From contig CP060762.1 of assembly GCA_023205875.1 (NCBI GenBank), positions 620,001 through 684,000 of the forward strand: a DNA stretch of 64,000 bases, in the 5' to 3' direction. Origin of the DNA: Chloropicon primus (lineage: Eukaryota). The translations under genes were made by a program, and so were the position numbers. Positions 12,201 to 19,912 of the stretch are shown piece after piece (positions within the stretch are counted from its first letter, which is position 1; each line of letters opens with the position of its first letter). Below the pieces are notes generated by a model. It was not told the DNA's origin. It did no database searches and saw nothing but the letters and a program-made list of their open reading frames with translations.

Positions 12201-14570
12201 AAGATTGAGTTCGATGCCACGACGTCCGGTGCGAAAAAAAAAAGCCCCTTTCCAGACAGATCCACCTCACCTGCAGCGGCAGCAGCACGAGAAGAAGAAA
12301 GGAGCAGCCCATTTGATCTCGACCAGACAAGGAAGCGGGTGACGTTCGAGGGAAATTCTGCTGCTGCTGATGGTGGTGATGATGATGTGGACGTCTTGCC
12401 GACGGCGGGCGACCAGTACAGCATCATTGATGCCTACGCCAAGAAGAACATGAGCGCCGACGTCCACGAGGGGGAGAAACCTGGTGGTGGTGCAGAGCAG
12501 GAGGGGGGGGAGAAGGAGCAGCCCCAAGTAAGTGATGCGAGCGGCCTGTCCACCGATGCGATCTCCGTCTCCCTGAGCGAATCTCAGACCCAGACCGAGG
12601 TGGCGGTGGTGGAAGAGGCGGTGGAGCCGGCAGATCCGATCGCGGAGGAGAAGCACCCTGTTGAGGAGGAGGAGGAGAAGCACTTTGAGGACTCGTCCTC
12701 CCAGACTCCTCCTCGCTCTCCTGCTCCGCCGTGGGAGGAGAAGAAGGAGAAGAAGAAGAAGAAGAAGAGCCCAGCCAAGGAGCAGCAGCATCCCAAGGCG
12801 GTGAAGATCCCGACCTCTGCCACCGCGCTTGCCGGCCAGCTCAAGGCGGAGCTTGCCAGGTTCACGAGCCTGAGCGACATGACAGACCACCTGAACAAGC
12901 TTGAGCAGAAGATCGAGGTCGTCCAACTCCTCAAGGAGAGCGGTCAGGCCGACGACGCCACCAAGCAGGTCAAGGAGCTCATGAACAGCATTTACGAGCA
13001 GCAGAAGGACTTGACGGAGGAGATGAAGAACGCGATCCTGACCCAGAGCAACGCCTTTGTCGACAAGCTCAGGGACACGGCTGCGGTGCAGAGCAACTTT
13101 TACACGGAGACCCTCAAGTACACCGCCAAGGAGATGGCCCAGATAATGTCCAAGGAGAGCTCAAAGTCCCTGGAGTCCATCTGCTCCTCGTTCGAGGACA
13201 AGTTGAACGAGTACACGTCCATCCAGAGGCAGATGAAGGAGTCCTTGGAGACGGCCACCAAGGAGGTGGTGGTTCTCAGCAGGCAGCAGAGCCCGGTGAG
13301 GGCCCGGGGGTCCGAAGGAGGCGAGCGCTCGATGAGGAGCCCCCTCCAGGACGATCCCTCGATCGTCAGCATCGTTCCGGAGTACACCCAGGACTTTGAG
13401 AGCGAGGGGGTGATCGGGGACAACAACAGCTACCACCACCAGCAGCAGCAGGTGGTGGTGGTGGACAGCGGCGGTGGTCGCGGCGGGACCGACTCGGAGG
13501 CCATCTCTGAGGTGGAGGAGCAGATAGGAGGAGGAGGAGACGGGGAGGGGGGGGAGGAGGGCGTGATTAAGGAGGAGGACGTGATCGAGGAGGAGGACGT
13601 GATCGAGGAGGAGTCTGTGGTGGCCACCCAGGTGGACACGGAGATCGAGGAGGAGGACGAGGAGACGATGCTGTCCGAGACTGCCGTGGGTTCGGTGACG
13701 GAGGAGGTGGTGGAGATCGAGGAGGAGGACGAGGAGGAGGAGGCGGGGGATCCCGCGGCTGCAGAGTCCTTCAAGTCCAGCAGCGGCCTGGTGGTCTCCC
13801 TCGAGCTCCCTCCTGCCGAGGAGGAGGTGGGGGGGGAGGAGATGGACGTGGAGGAGGACGTGGAGGAGGACATCCAGACCTTCATCTTTGCCGATGGGGA
13901 CGACGACGAAGAAGAAGAAGTTGACGAGGAGGTGGAGGTGGAGGTGGAGCAGCAGCAAGCCGTGGAGGAGGAGGAGGAGGAGGTGGAGGAGGACGTGGTG
14001 GTGGATCCCGCCGCCCCGATGAGCGCCGAGGACGCCGCCCTGCTGGAGCACCAGAAGCTCGTCAACATCAACGATTTGGGGTACAGCACGCGGTACGTGG
14101 ACAGGGTCCTGGAGCAGCTCGACCTCAGGGACGTCCTGAGGTCCCTGGAGGAGGAGACCGACCCGATCCCGACGGAGCACTTTTTCAAGATCGAGGAGGA
14201 GGCCACCCTGCTGAGCGACCCGGAGTACATCTACCACAAGCTCCTGTTCGACGCGATGAACGAGGTGCTGCTGAACAAGCTCAACCGCGATCGGGAACCT
14301 CTCGAGGTTTCCGAGGATGCCGCGAGGAGGACCCGGGAGGAGGTCAGGGACGAGGTGCTGGCCAAGGTCAAGTTCGGCCTGAGCAACCTGGACGCCGGCC
14401 AGGAGCTGCCCAAGATCCACGCCCTCGAGACCGAGGACGAGGTCAAGGTCTTCGCGGAGTTCCACAAGTTCTTCGAGGACACCAGGAACGACCTCGTGGA
14501 CGGGGTCGTGGACTGGGTCGTGGAGGACACCATCCGAGTCCTCGATGATCGAGAAGTAGTAGTAGTCTGA
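9267..14570 (+). CDS. Large low-complexity coiled-coil protein with CEP350/CAP350-TRM-like C-terminus (DUF4378)
   Basis: 1767-aa intronless ORF with host-like codon usage. C-terminal YHKLLFDAMNEVL and DLVDGVVDWVVEDTIRVL resemble the M3/M2 motifs of CAP350 and plant TRM proteins. Confidence 0.65.
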   Translation: MEVAKTYIVVAKRPFSPTVHLGADGTTEESGGPGTSSMETGKGPPSSYIKVPVTLKDKLPGSEQQHFKVQKKVVSLERKKKEKPKATGAKPQQVSYSVDKDKLEQQRREKERLKLIRDRKREEEKAVRKAQARVVKAAVAEHGVQTDSTMARQRRKAPAATTRVAASGARGGEGSEQQPRASTSKAQSHHVPFPISSEKRKQQPPGGNKDQLRLSKGGITVFKARPQRPQPFFKKAAHSLQNAKASSSDQAGKSSPITFLSPLAPKRMPIAPKLALQEIAKEKELEEKKASDEQKRKDAVAVLLRRVKEDIQKHHMKRRHELETKCQESTEKFASVSALLHSGKRKSRAPLTPANLNKQPQDDARKKKAKAAAAASKASSKGGENLRNLKKKTLEEILNDGPAEDDPAAVKSKGGRDYPKPWQTHMKKQPAKESGEGGEALASAGGATAAASSSGGAKPASTSSVLGELYDILDEPDDAAEGGEVDKKKEEILRFMKKKRVEYSKNLKEQSDKEEERRHLMRNVHREYGEHSKLLAKDMVTHHRDVIAKAEKKLKERPGWVYDFAGVPYEDCSNSDEDGKGDDADAGGEVDAGKREPAGGAKGERKGAQAKAPKPRQVKLVKIPKKMRKATEPGEKEVSIKSAVKALATPPKPLKKPEKKKAEERREEAMEEPEATTKKKKAKKAKPSTSKPKKAKGGTTTTKGKKLSKMQKEINELKGIATLGESAMLAKLNEVAQRLHSKLVALEEGGPTPEDHLIREDLETLQLDLGVAAQGFQNDEFSFSPVRSPSAALQGSPAARSPVRSPQRSPGGGATAEEAMRATEALHDQLVVAYNSDGSVSAVSSPGKHFADEAEEAMKATEALHEQLVMKQYDSEDDSYQSPRSSRIMGSDFDLRSPPSVRTLSPSGSIDESILAGTLSPKEKEEADLVTNVVSLLVPSDLEVRSPTLLSPKSSNASSVKRTPKARTPKSRSPKSARKIEFDATTSGAKKKSPFPDRSTSPAAAAAREEERSSPFDLDQTRKRVTFEGNSAAADGGDDDVDVLPTAGDQYSIIDAYAKKNMSADVHEGEKPGGGAEQEGGEKEQPQVSDASGLSTDAISVSLSESQTQTEVAVVEEAVEPADPIAEEKHPVEEEEEKHFEDSSSQTPPRSPAPPWEEKKEKKKKKKSPAKEQQHPKAVKIPTSATALAGQLKAELARFTSLSDMTDHLNKLEQKIEVVQLLKESGQADDATKQVKELMNSIYEQQKDLTEEMKNAILTQSNAFVDKLRDTAAVQSNFYTETLKYTAKEMAQIMSKESSKSLESICSSFEDKLNEYTSIQRQMKESLETATKEVVVLSRQQSPVRARGSEGGERSMRSPLQDDPSIVSIVPEYTQDFESEGVIGDNNSYHHQQQQVVVVDSGGGRGGTDSEAISEVEEQIGGGGDGEGGEEGVIKEEDVIEEEDVIEEESVVATQVDTEIEEEDEETMLSETAVGSVTEEVVEIEEEDEEEEAGDPAAAESFKSSSGLVVSLELPPAEEEVGGEEMDVEEDVEEDIQTFIFADGDDDEEEEVDEEVEVEVEQQQAVEEEEEEVEEDVVVDPAAPMSAEDAALLEHQKLVNINDLGYSTRYVDRVLEQLDLRDVLRSLEEETDPIPTEHFFKIEEEATLLSDPEYIYHKLLFDAMNEVLLNKLNRDREPLEVSEDAARRTREEVRDEVLAKVKFGLSNLDAGQELPKIHALETEDEVKVFAEFHKFFEDTRNDLVDGVVDWVVEDTIRVLDDREVVVV

Positions 14571-14794
14571 TGGGATCATAGAATGAATCACAGGGCCCAC
14601 GACGTAGGTGTTTCTCTCGTAGGTGTCTTTTATTATTGTGATCACTTTGTAACTGTTGTGTATTGTATAGTATTTTTGTGTGAAAGAGCACGAGAAGACG
14701 CTTCCTTCTCTCTTTTCCTCCGCTTCTCTCTTTTCCTCCGCCGCGCGCTCCCGTCCTCGTTCGTTTCTCTCGTTCTCGTCCCACGAGACAGAGA

Positions 14795-14818
14795 CCGTTA
14801 GGATGTTTTCAGCGGAAG
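14795..14818 (+). repeat. Left boundary repeat CCGTTAGGATG-TT-TTCAGCGGAAG
   Basis: Imperfect direct repeat of 16386-16414; its core is the reverse complement of CATCCTAA at 16457 and 19905. Confidence 0.7.
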
Positions 14819-14881
14819 TTCTAGAAATCCGACAGAGCAAGAAACAAAGGGGGGGGGTCGCTTCAAGAGGGAGAGGATTGG

Positions 14882-16375
14882 ATGAAGCCACTGTCGAGGC
14901 CATCTCTGAATGCTTCCGGAAGGCTTGCGGTCGTCAGGGGGAGAAGTTCTCCTTCGATGGAGAACCTCGCCCCCAAAATTGTCACGGCCGCGGAGGATGA
15001 CTCTCCCTTTTATCGCTGTCCATGTAAGAAGGCTTGTGCTAAACAATGTCTTTGCCGATGTGTTTGCTCGTACTGCAAAAACATTCGTCCATGTCTCCTG
15101 GGGTCGTCAGAGGCAATGCAAGACAATCCCTTTCATGCCACGGCTTGCGATTGTCAGCTGTGCAACAACGAGGGGAAGAGTCCTGTGTGCGGGAAGAGGA
15201 AGGCGAGCAGCGACCCCACCGTGGATTCTCTTGTCAACTCGTGGAAAGATTGGAACCCTCTCTTCGGAAAATGGAAGAACCGGCGTCGAAGATGCCACCC
15301 GTCCAAGGAAGGACGAGAACTTCCTCGGGGAGTGTCCAAGCATGGTGCTGAAAGGTACCATGCGACGATTAAAGGACTATTGGTTCCGAACAAAGTATCG
15401 TCATTGGGAACCTTCGACACCAAGGAAGCAGCCGCGGCGCGATACGACCTCGCTGCTACCTTGTCTCACGGGAGAGCAGCGATGCTGAATGGCGAAGTGG
15501 ACGAGAACCTCCTTGCCAAGTTTGGAAAGAAGACGCCCGAGGAACGATATGAAATGGCGATTGATCTCGTATCAGGTTGTCAGGGGGAAGCATTCCGCGA
15601 ATATCTCGACCAGGAGGAACAAAAGAGTCCTGTGTGCGGGAAGAGGAAGGCGAGCAGCGACCTCACCGTGGATTCTCTTGTCAACTCGTGGAAAGATTGG
15701 AACCCTCTCTTCGGAAAACTGAAGGACCAGCGTCCCAGTTGTAACCTGCCCAAGGAAGGACGAGAACTTCCTCGGGGAGTGGATAAGATGGATAAGCATG
15801 TGGAAAAGCATGATGAAAAGTACGATGTGAGGATTAGAGGACTATTGTTTCCGAACGTTATATCGACTTTGGGACGTGGGGTGGAGACCAAGGAAGCAGC
15901 CGCGGCGCGATACGACCTCGCCGCTACGTTGTATTACGGGAGAGCCGCAGAACTCAATGGCAAAAGAGACGACAAAATTCTTGACAAAATGCTGAGAGAC
16001 TTCGCTGCTATGTTGTTTCCCGGGAAAGCCGCGAAACCCAATGGCAAAAGGGACGGGAAACTACTTGACAAAGTACTTGACGACCTCGCTGCTGCATTGC
16101 CTCACGGGAGAGCCACGAAACCCAATGGCAAAAGGAACGGGAAACTACTTGACAAGCTGCTTGACGAGTTTGGAAAGAGGACGCCCGAGGAACGATTTGA
16201 AATGGCTGTTAAGCAAGTACGAGGTAAGAAGTGGAAAGGATTTCACCGCCAATTACTCGACCGGAAGAAGAAACAAAAGATACAGAGAGAAGAAACAGAG
16301 AGAAGAGAGGAGGAGGAGGGGGAATCAGAAGCGAAGGTCGACGACAGGTTCGTCGTGAGACATTGTCTTGGTTAA
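14882..16375 (+). CDS. Cys-rich N-terminus + two AP2/ERF-like DNA-binding domains (internal duplication)
   Basis: LPRGVSKHGAERYHATI...LGTFDTKEAAAARYDLAA...GRAAMLN is an AP2 consensus. A second copy lies 447 nt downstream (15176 vs 15623), followed by three NGKR.GK.LDK subrepeats. Confidence 0.85.
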   Translation: MKPLSRPSLNASGRLAVVRGRSSPSMENLAPKIVTAAEDDSPFYRCPCKKACAKQCLCRCVCSYCKNIRPCLLGSSEAMQDNPFHATACDCQLCNNEGKSPVCGKRKASSDPTVDSLVNSWKDWNPLFGKWKNRRRRCHPSKEGRELPRGVSKHGAERYHATIKGLLVPNKVSSLGTFDTKEAAAARYDLAATLSHGRAAMLNGEVDENLLAKFGKKTPEERYEMAIDLVSGCQGEAFREYLDQEEQKSPVCGKRKASSDLTVDSLVNSWKDWNPLFGKLKDQRPSCNLPKEGRELPRGVDKMDKHVEKHDEKYDVRIRGLLFPNVISTLGRGVETKEAAAARYDLAATLYYGRAAELNGKRDDKILDKMLRDFAAMLFPGKAAKPNGKRDGKLLDKVLDDLAAALPHGRATKPNGKRNGKLLDKLLDEFGKRTPEERFEMAVKQVRGKKWKGFHRQLLDRKKKQKIQREETERREEEEGESEAKVDDRFVVRHCLG

Positions 16376-16385
16376 AACATTCCAC

Positions 16386-16414
16386 CCGTTAGGATGATTC
16401 AGATTCAGCGGAAG
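16386..16414 (+). repeat. Second copy of boundary repeat CCGTTAGGATG-ATTCAGA-TTCAGCGGAAG
   Basis: Lies immediately after the AP2 gene stop; matches 14795-14818 with a short internal duplication. Confidence 0.7.
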
Positions 16415-16457
16415 GGAGAAGGAGAAACCAGAAGAGAAGGAGAGAGCAGAGAGGGTC

Positions 16458-16493
16458 ATCCTAAGGTCGCGGGTTCGATCCCCGCCGAAGGCA
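16458..16493 (+). tRNA. Orphan tRNA 3' half (positions 38-73), identity undetermined
   Basis: A-TCCTA-AGGTC-GCGGG-TTCGATC-CCCGC-CGAAGGC-A: exactly 36 nt with a perfect T-arm and acceptor 3' strand. No matching 5' half (GCCTTCG...TAGGA) seen nearby. Confidence 0.75.
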
Positions 16494-16673
16494 CATCTCG
16501 GCAGCAACGAACACAAGTTGCTCTCCAACCATGGTTCAAAATGACACGGGAAACTCCGACCCGTGATACACTTCCGACCTCTAGTACGGGGATCACATCC
16601 GGTGTCGAAACAACACCGCGGCGAAACAACAGCCGCCTTACCTCTTGCTCCGTGAGACAAGGGTTCTGTGAGA

Positions 16674-16797
16674 GACGTTAGTTATACAAGGATCACAACG
16701 AGATCGTAACGGCGGAGGACGGCGAGGACGACGACGGCGACTGACGTTAGTTATACAAGGATCACAACGAGATCGTAACGGCGGAGGACGGCGAGGA
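16674..16797. repeat. 55-bp exact direct repeat, 69-bp period
   Basis: GACGTTAGTTATACAAGGATCACAACGAGATCGTAACGGCGGAGGACGGCGAGGA at 16674 and 16743. Confidence 0.9.
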
Positions 16798-16921
16798 GGA
16801 CGGCGAGGAGGTGTGTGACCTGGCGGGAGCTGGAGAGAGAAAGAGAGCCGCCGTAACGCCAGAGCCGCGAACGAGGCGGCCGACGAGTGGGGACGAGAAG
16901 ACCACGACCAGAGAGAAAGCG

Positions 16922-18190
16922 ATGAGTTACCTCCTGGAATACTTCGGCCGCTGGTTGCCGACGAAGAAGAGGAGACTGACGAATACTGGGACGTCATGTG
17001 AAGAAGGGGCTGGTGGCGCCACCCCGGCCGCGGTTCTCCAGGTGGGTGGCGCCCAAGGATGGCGGGTGGCGCCCAAGGATTGTGGTGCCAATGTCTCTGT
17101 CTTCACCCACTTGCAGGGCAGCGGGCAGCCGTGCGGCGCGGTGGCACTCGGAACAAGCCTGGACACCAACGCTTGCACAGTGGCCCTGGCGATCTCCGCG
17201 GGACCTCATAGGGAGCGGGAGATGGCCGCCATCGAGGAAAACGTGGATCCGACGACGCTTCTCAATGCGGATGGACTTCTTGCCTCTCTTCGCTTCGCAG
17301 ACGACGAATCAGCTGGCGCGCGGCCCACCCTTGCACGCGAGGGTACACGGGCGGAGCGAACTCGCGAGCCTGAGGAGCTGACCCTGGTCCGCGTGGTCCG
17401 AGGCCGTGGCGGAGTCCACCTGGAGCGCGTTGAGGGCTTGAAAGAACTGACCCACTGCATCGTCTTCCTCCGCGAGTCCCTTGCGCAGGAGGGGCTTGGG
17501 AACAAGCTCGCTGGTCAGGCGGCCACGATCTCAAGCGCGTTGCTCGGCAAAGATCTTCCTAAACAGGTGAAAGCATTTCGTTTCGTGGAGCTTGGGACCG
17601 CCAGCCGCTCGCGATGCCTCAAGGACCGCAAAGTTCTTACGAAAGCTCTTGCCCTTGCGAAGGAGAAGGGCGAGCCTTGCGCGCTTCTTGTAGCTGCCTT
17701 GTCGCGATTGTCGAGACGGTCACAAGCTGACGAGGACCTCGACTACCTTGCTGAGCGCGCAGGGCAGGCCTCTATACTGGCGTGTATCCCGACGTCCCAT
17801 GCAGCAGCTTTGATTGGGGAGGAAAAGAAAGAGGAGCTCAAAAAGTACATGAGCAAGGCTGCAAGCACCTCGGACGGGCAAGCCGTGTACTCGGCGTCGC
17901 ACTGCATGCTCAAGTCCGGCGCCACCCGTTGTTCTGTAGCATCGGGCCAACACACTTCTGAGGAACTTTGTCTCCTCGTCGAACACGTCGAGCACGTCCT
18001 GAGGCACAAGCTGGAGAATCTGGAGAAGCCGGGGGAGCAGAAGCACGGGAAACCCCTTCTCCTCGTAGGTATTGCCCGTACGTCGCCTGGAACTGACGTC
18101 GCCAAGTCTACTTCGATATATGTCCAACGGTGCCTACTCCTCCACGTCCTCTCAAGGTGCGCGACAACCTTCAGAAGGATGTTGCGCTAA
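16922..18190 (+). CDS. Serine recombinase (resolvase-like) protein, 5' part: complete catalytic domain 1 and start of domain 2
   Basis: CIVFLRES (17471-17479)...LAGQ...FVELGTAS...DRKVL...LLVAALSRLSR (17699-17716) follows the YxRxS...Q...E.G.S...R..L...LDRLSR pattern. A second VGIARTS...SIYVQR occurs near the end. First ATG is at 16922 (frame open from 16811). Confidence 0.75.
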   Translation: MSYLLEYFGRWLPTKKRRLTNTGTSCEEGAGGATPAAVLQVGGAQGWRVAPKDCGANVSVFTHLQGSGQPCGAVALGTSLDTNACTVALAISAGPHREREMAAIEENVDPTTLLNADGLLASLRFADDESAGARPTLAREGTRAERTREPEELTLVRVVRGRGGVHLERVEGLKELTHCIVFLRESLAQEGLGNKLAGQAATISSALLGKDLPKQVKAFRFVELGTASRSRCLKDRKVLTKALALAKEKGEPCALLVAALSRLSRRSQADEDLDYLAERAGQASILACIPTSHAAALIGEEKKEELKKYMSKAASTSDGQAVYSASHCMLKSGATRCSVASGQHTSEELCLLVEHVEHVLRHKLENLEKPGEQKHGKPLLLVGIARTSPGTDVAKSTSIYVQRCLLLHVLSRCATTFRRMLR

Positions 18191-19773
18191 GCGGGAAGCT
18201 GCCGGTGATTGAAATCACAATTGGGACCTTTGCAGAGAAGTGTGGAGGCTCGACCTCGGAGGAGGCTGCCGTCCAAGAATGGGTGAAGAAGGTCTGCGAC
18301 GAGGGCAAATACGCAGGGGGCGTTCTACTCTGCACCCGTGCAGATCGGCTTACAAGGGAGCTTGCGACGCTCGGGACGCTCTTGGAAAGGTGCTGTAAGG
18401 CGAACATAGCAACGGTTGCGTGCTTGACAGAAGTGGATGCCGTCGTCACCGAGGAGAGACACGTTCAAGAGGCCGTAGCCCAGGTTCTCGCTGGAGATGA
18501 GGAGTATCTTCTTGGAAAGCGCTTTGTGGAGCAACGGGCGAGTGATCTCGTCCGCGCATGGAAGAACCAACCCACAGTTCGTGTGCTCGTCGCTGCTTGT
18601 TCCATCACGGAAGCGAACTACGACATCATTCTTCGCGAGGAGCACATGGAGTTCCTGGAGACCTACAGGCAATACTGCCACGTTCACTCCGTGAGGGACG
18701 AGTTGTTTGAAAACCGTGATGGACACGGCTTGGATGAAGACGCATTGAGCAGAGTCTTTGAGTACTTTGCGGATGCACTAAAGGGAGAACATGTCGATGT
18801 CGTGTTTGAGAATGAATGTTTCCCAGAAACCGCGATCTCTGTGACTCAAAAAGATTTCTTCGAATGCTCCTGCGCTGATAAATGCTCTCGCAAGTCGTCC
18901 AGGACAACAGGCACCGCGAACACCGCTCCAGCACATACTCGATGCATTTGTGGTTGTGACATGTGCAAGAGGAAGCGTCCTTGCATTCTGGTGGACAGCG
19001 ACGCCGAGGACGGCGGGGAGAGGGAGAGAGAGCTTCGGAAATTTGATGCCGCTGCATGTCCCTGTGAACGTTGCAGCAGCAGCCCCTTGAGCACTGGTAC
19101 GACAAGGAAGACACAGGCCAAGACCAACACGAAAGGGAAGAGGAAGGCCAAAGCAAGGAAGCCGATGAAGGAGTTTCCTCGACTTCCTACTACAGACGGT
19201 ACTCAAACCCTGCGCTGCATCTGCTGTGATGCTTTTCGTCGCCCTGAGTGCCCCTTGGTCAAAACAGGAGCTCTGACCCCGGTTCCTGGGGAGGAACGTG
19301 ATCGAGGTGGGCACAATCCCACTTGCCTCCTCTCGAACTGGTGCTGGTACTGCCACCGCTTCATCTTCAAAAGTGAGTTTAACCACTGGTGCTCGTTCGG
19401 ATGCTTCTTGAAAGCCACGAAGTTCGTGGACAAGAAGGAGCTTTGGGACATGAGCAAGGAAATTGGCATGACACAACTGAAGAACACGATTGGCTTCTGG
19501 TTTTGTGTTCCGTGTACAAAGAAACCTGAGTCCGAGAAAGCCTTGATCGAGAAGATCCCCTCGATCCCCTTGATCCCAACCAACGGTTCAAGGGGCTTGA
19601 GGTGCTTGTCCTGCAGTCATAACGATTGCAAAATCGGCAAGGGGTACAAGGAGAACGCAGAAGGAGGCGGCGTGAACGTTGGCTCCGGCCGGCAGAAGTC
19701 CGAGAACAGAAAGGCCAAAGAGGTAGTGACCCCGCATCCAATGCTCGTCAACATGATGCTACAGGACTCCTAA
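18130..19773 (+). CDS. Serine recombinase protein, 3' part (-1 frame): rest of catalytic domain 2, Cys-rich domain and zinc-finger-like clusters
   Basis: TFAEKCGGS...VLLCTRADRLTRELATL...LERCCKANIATVAC completes a resolvase domain. Followed by a CxCxxxC...CxCxCxxC...RPC...CxCxxC domain and several CxxC pairs. Overlaps the upstream ORF; no early ATG. Confidence 0.72.
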   Translation: MPTPPRPLKVRDNLQKDVALSGKLPVIEITIGTFAEKCGGSTSEEAAVQEWVKKVCDEGKYAGGVLLCTRADRLTRELATLGTLLERCCKANIATVACLTEVDAVVTEERHVQEAVAQVLAGDEEYLLGKRFVEQRASDLVRAWKNQPTVRVLVAACSITEANYDIILREEHMEFLETYRQYCHVHSVRDELFENRDGHGLDEDALSRVFEYFADALKGEHVDVVFENECFPETAISVTQKDFFECSCADKCSRKSSRTTGTANTAPAHTRCICGCDMCKRKRPCILVDSDAEDGGERERELRKFDAAACPCERCSSSPLSTGTTRKTQAKTNTKGKRKAKARKPMKEFPRLPTTDGTQTLRCICCDAFRRPECPLVKTGALTPVPGEERDRGGHNPTCLLSNWCWYCHRFIFKSEFNHWCSFGCFLKATKFVDKKELWDMSKEIGMTQLKNTIGFWFCVPCTKKPESEKALIEKIPSIPLIPTNGSRGLRCLSCSHNDCKIGKGYKENAEGGGVNVGSGRQKSENRKAKEVVTPHPMLVNMMLQDS

Positions 19774-19912
19774 GCCGATCCTAAAGACTATCCTAATCCT
19801 AATCCCCAAAAAGCAATCCTAAAGCTGAAATATTCTATCCTCCTCCACCACACTATGTATGTCTCCGTTGACCGCCGGCACATCGTTCGTTCGTTCGTTC
19901 GTTCCATCCTAA
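19768..19912. repeat. Cluster of ATCCTAA motifs and right boundary CATCCTAA
   Basis: ATCCTAA at 19778, 19790, 19796 and 19816; CATCCTAA at 19905-19912; (TTCG)n microsatellite just before the latter. Confidence 0.7.

Noticed and set aside
16674..16797. Mini CRISPR (repeat-spacer-repeat)
   Set aside because: Only two 55-bp copies with a 14-bp low-complexity gap.
18157..18174. Intron explaining the recombinase frameshift (GTGCGC...TTCAG)
   Set aside because: Only 18 nt and a multiple of three, so it would not change frame.
18130..19773. Fanzor/TnpB (IS607-like) identity for the second island ORF
   Set aside because: No RuvC D-E-D motifs are recognisable; the N-terminus is instead the second half of a resolvase domain.
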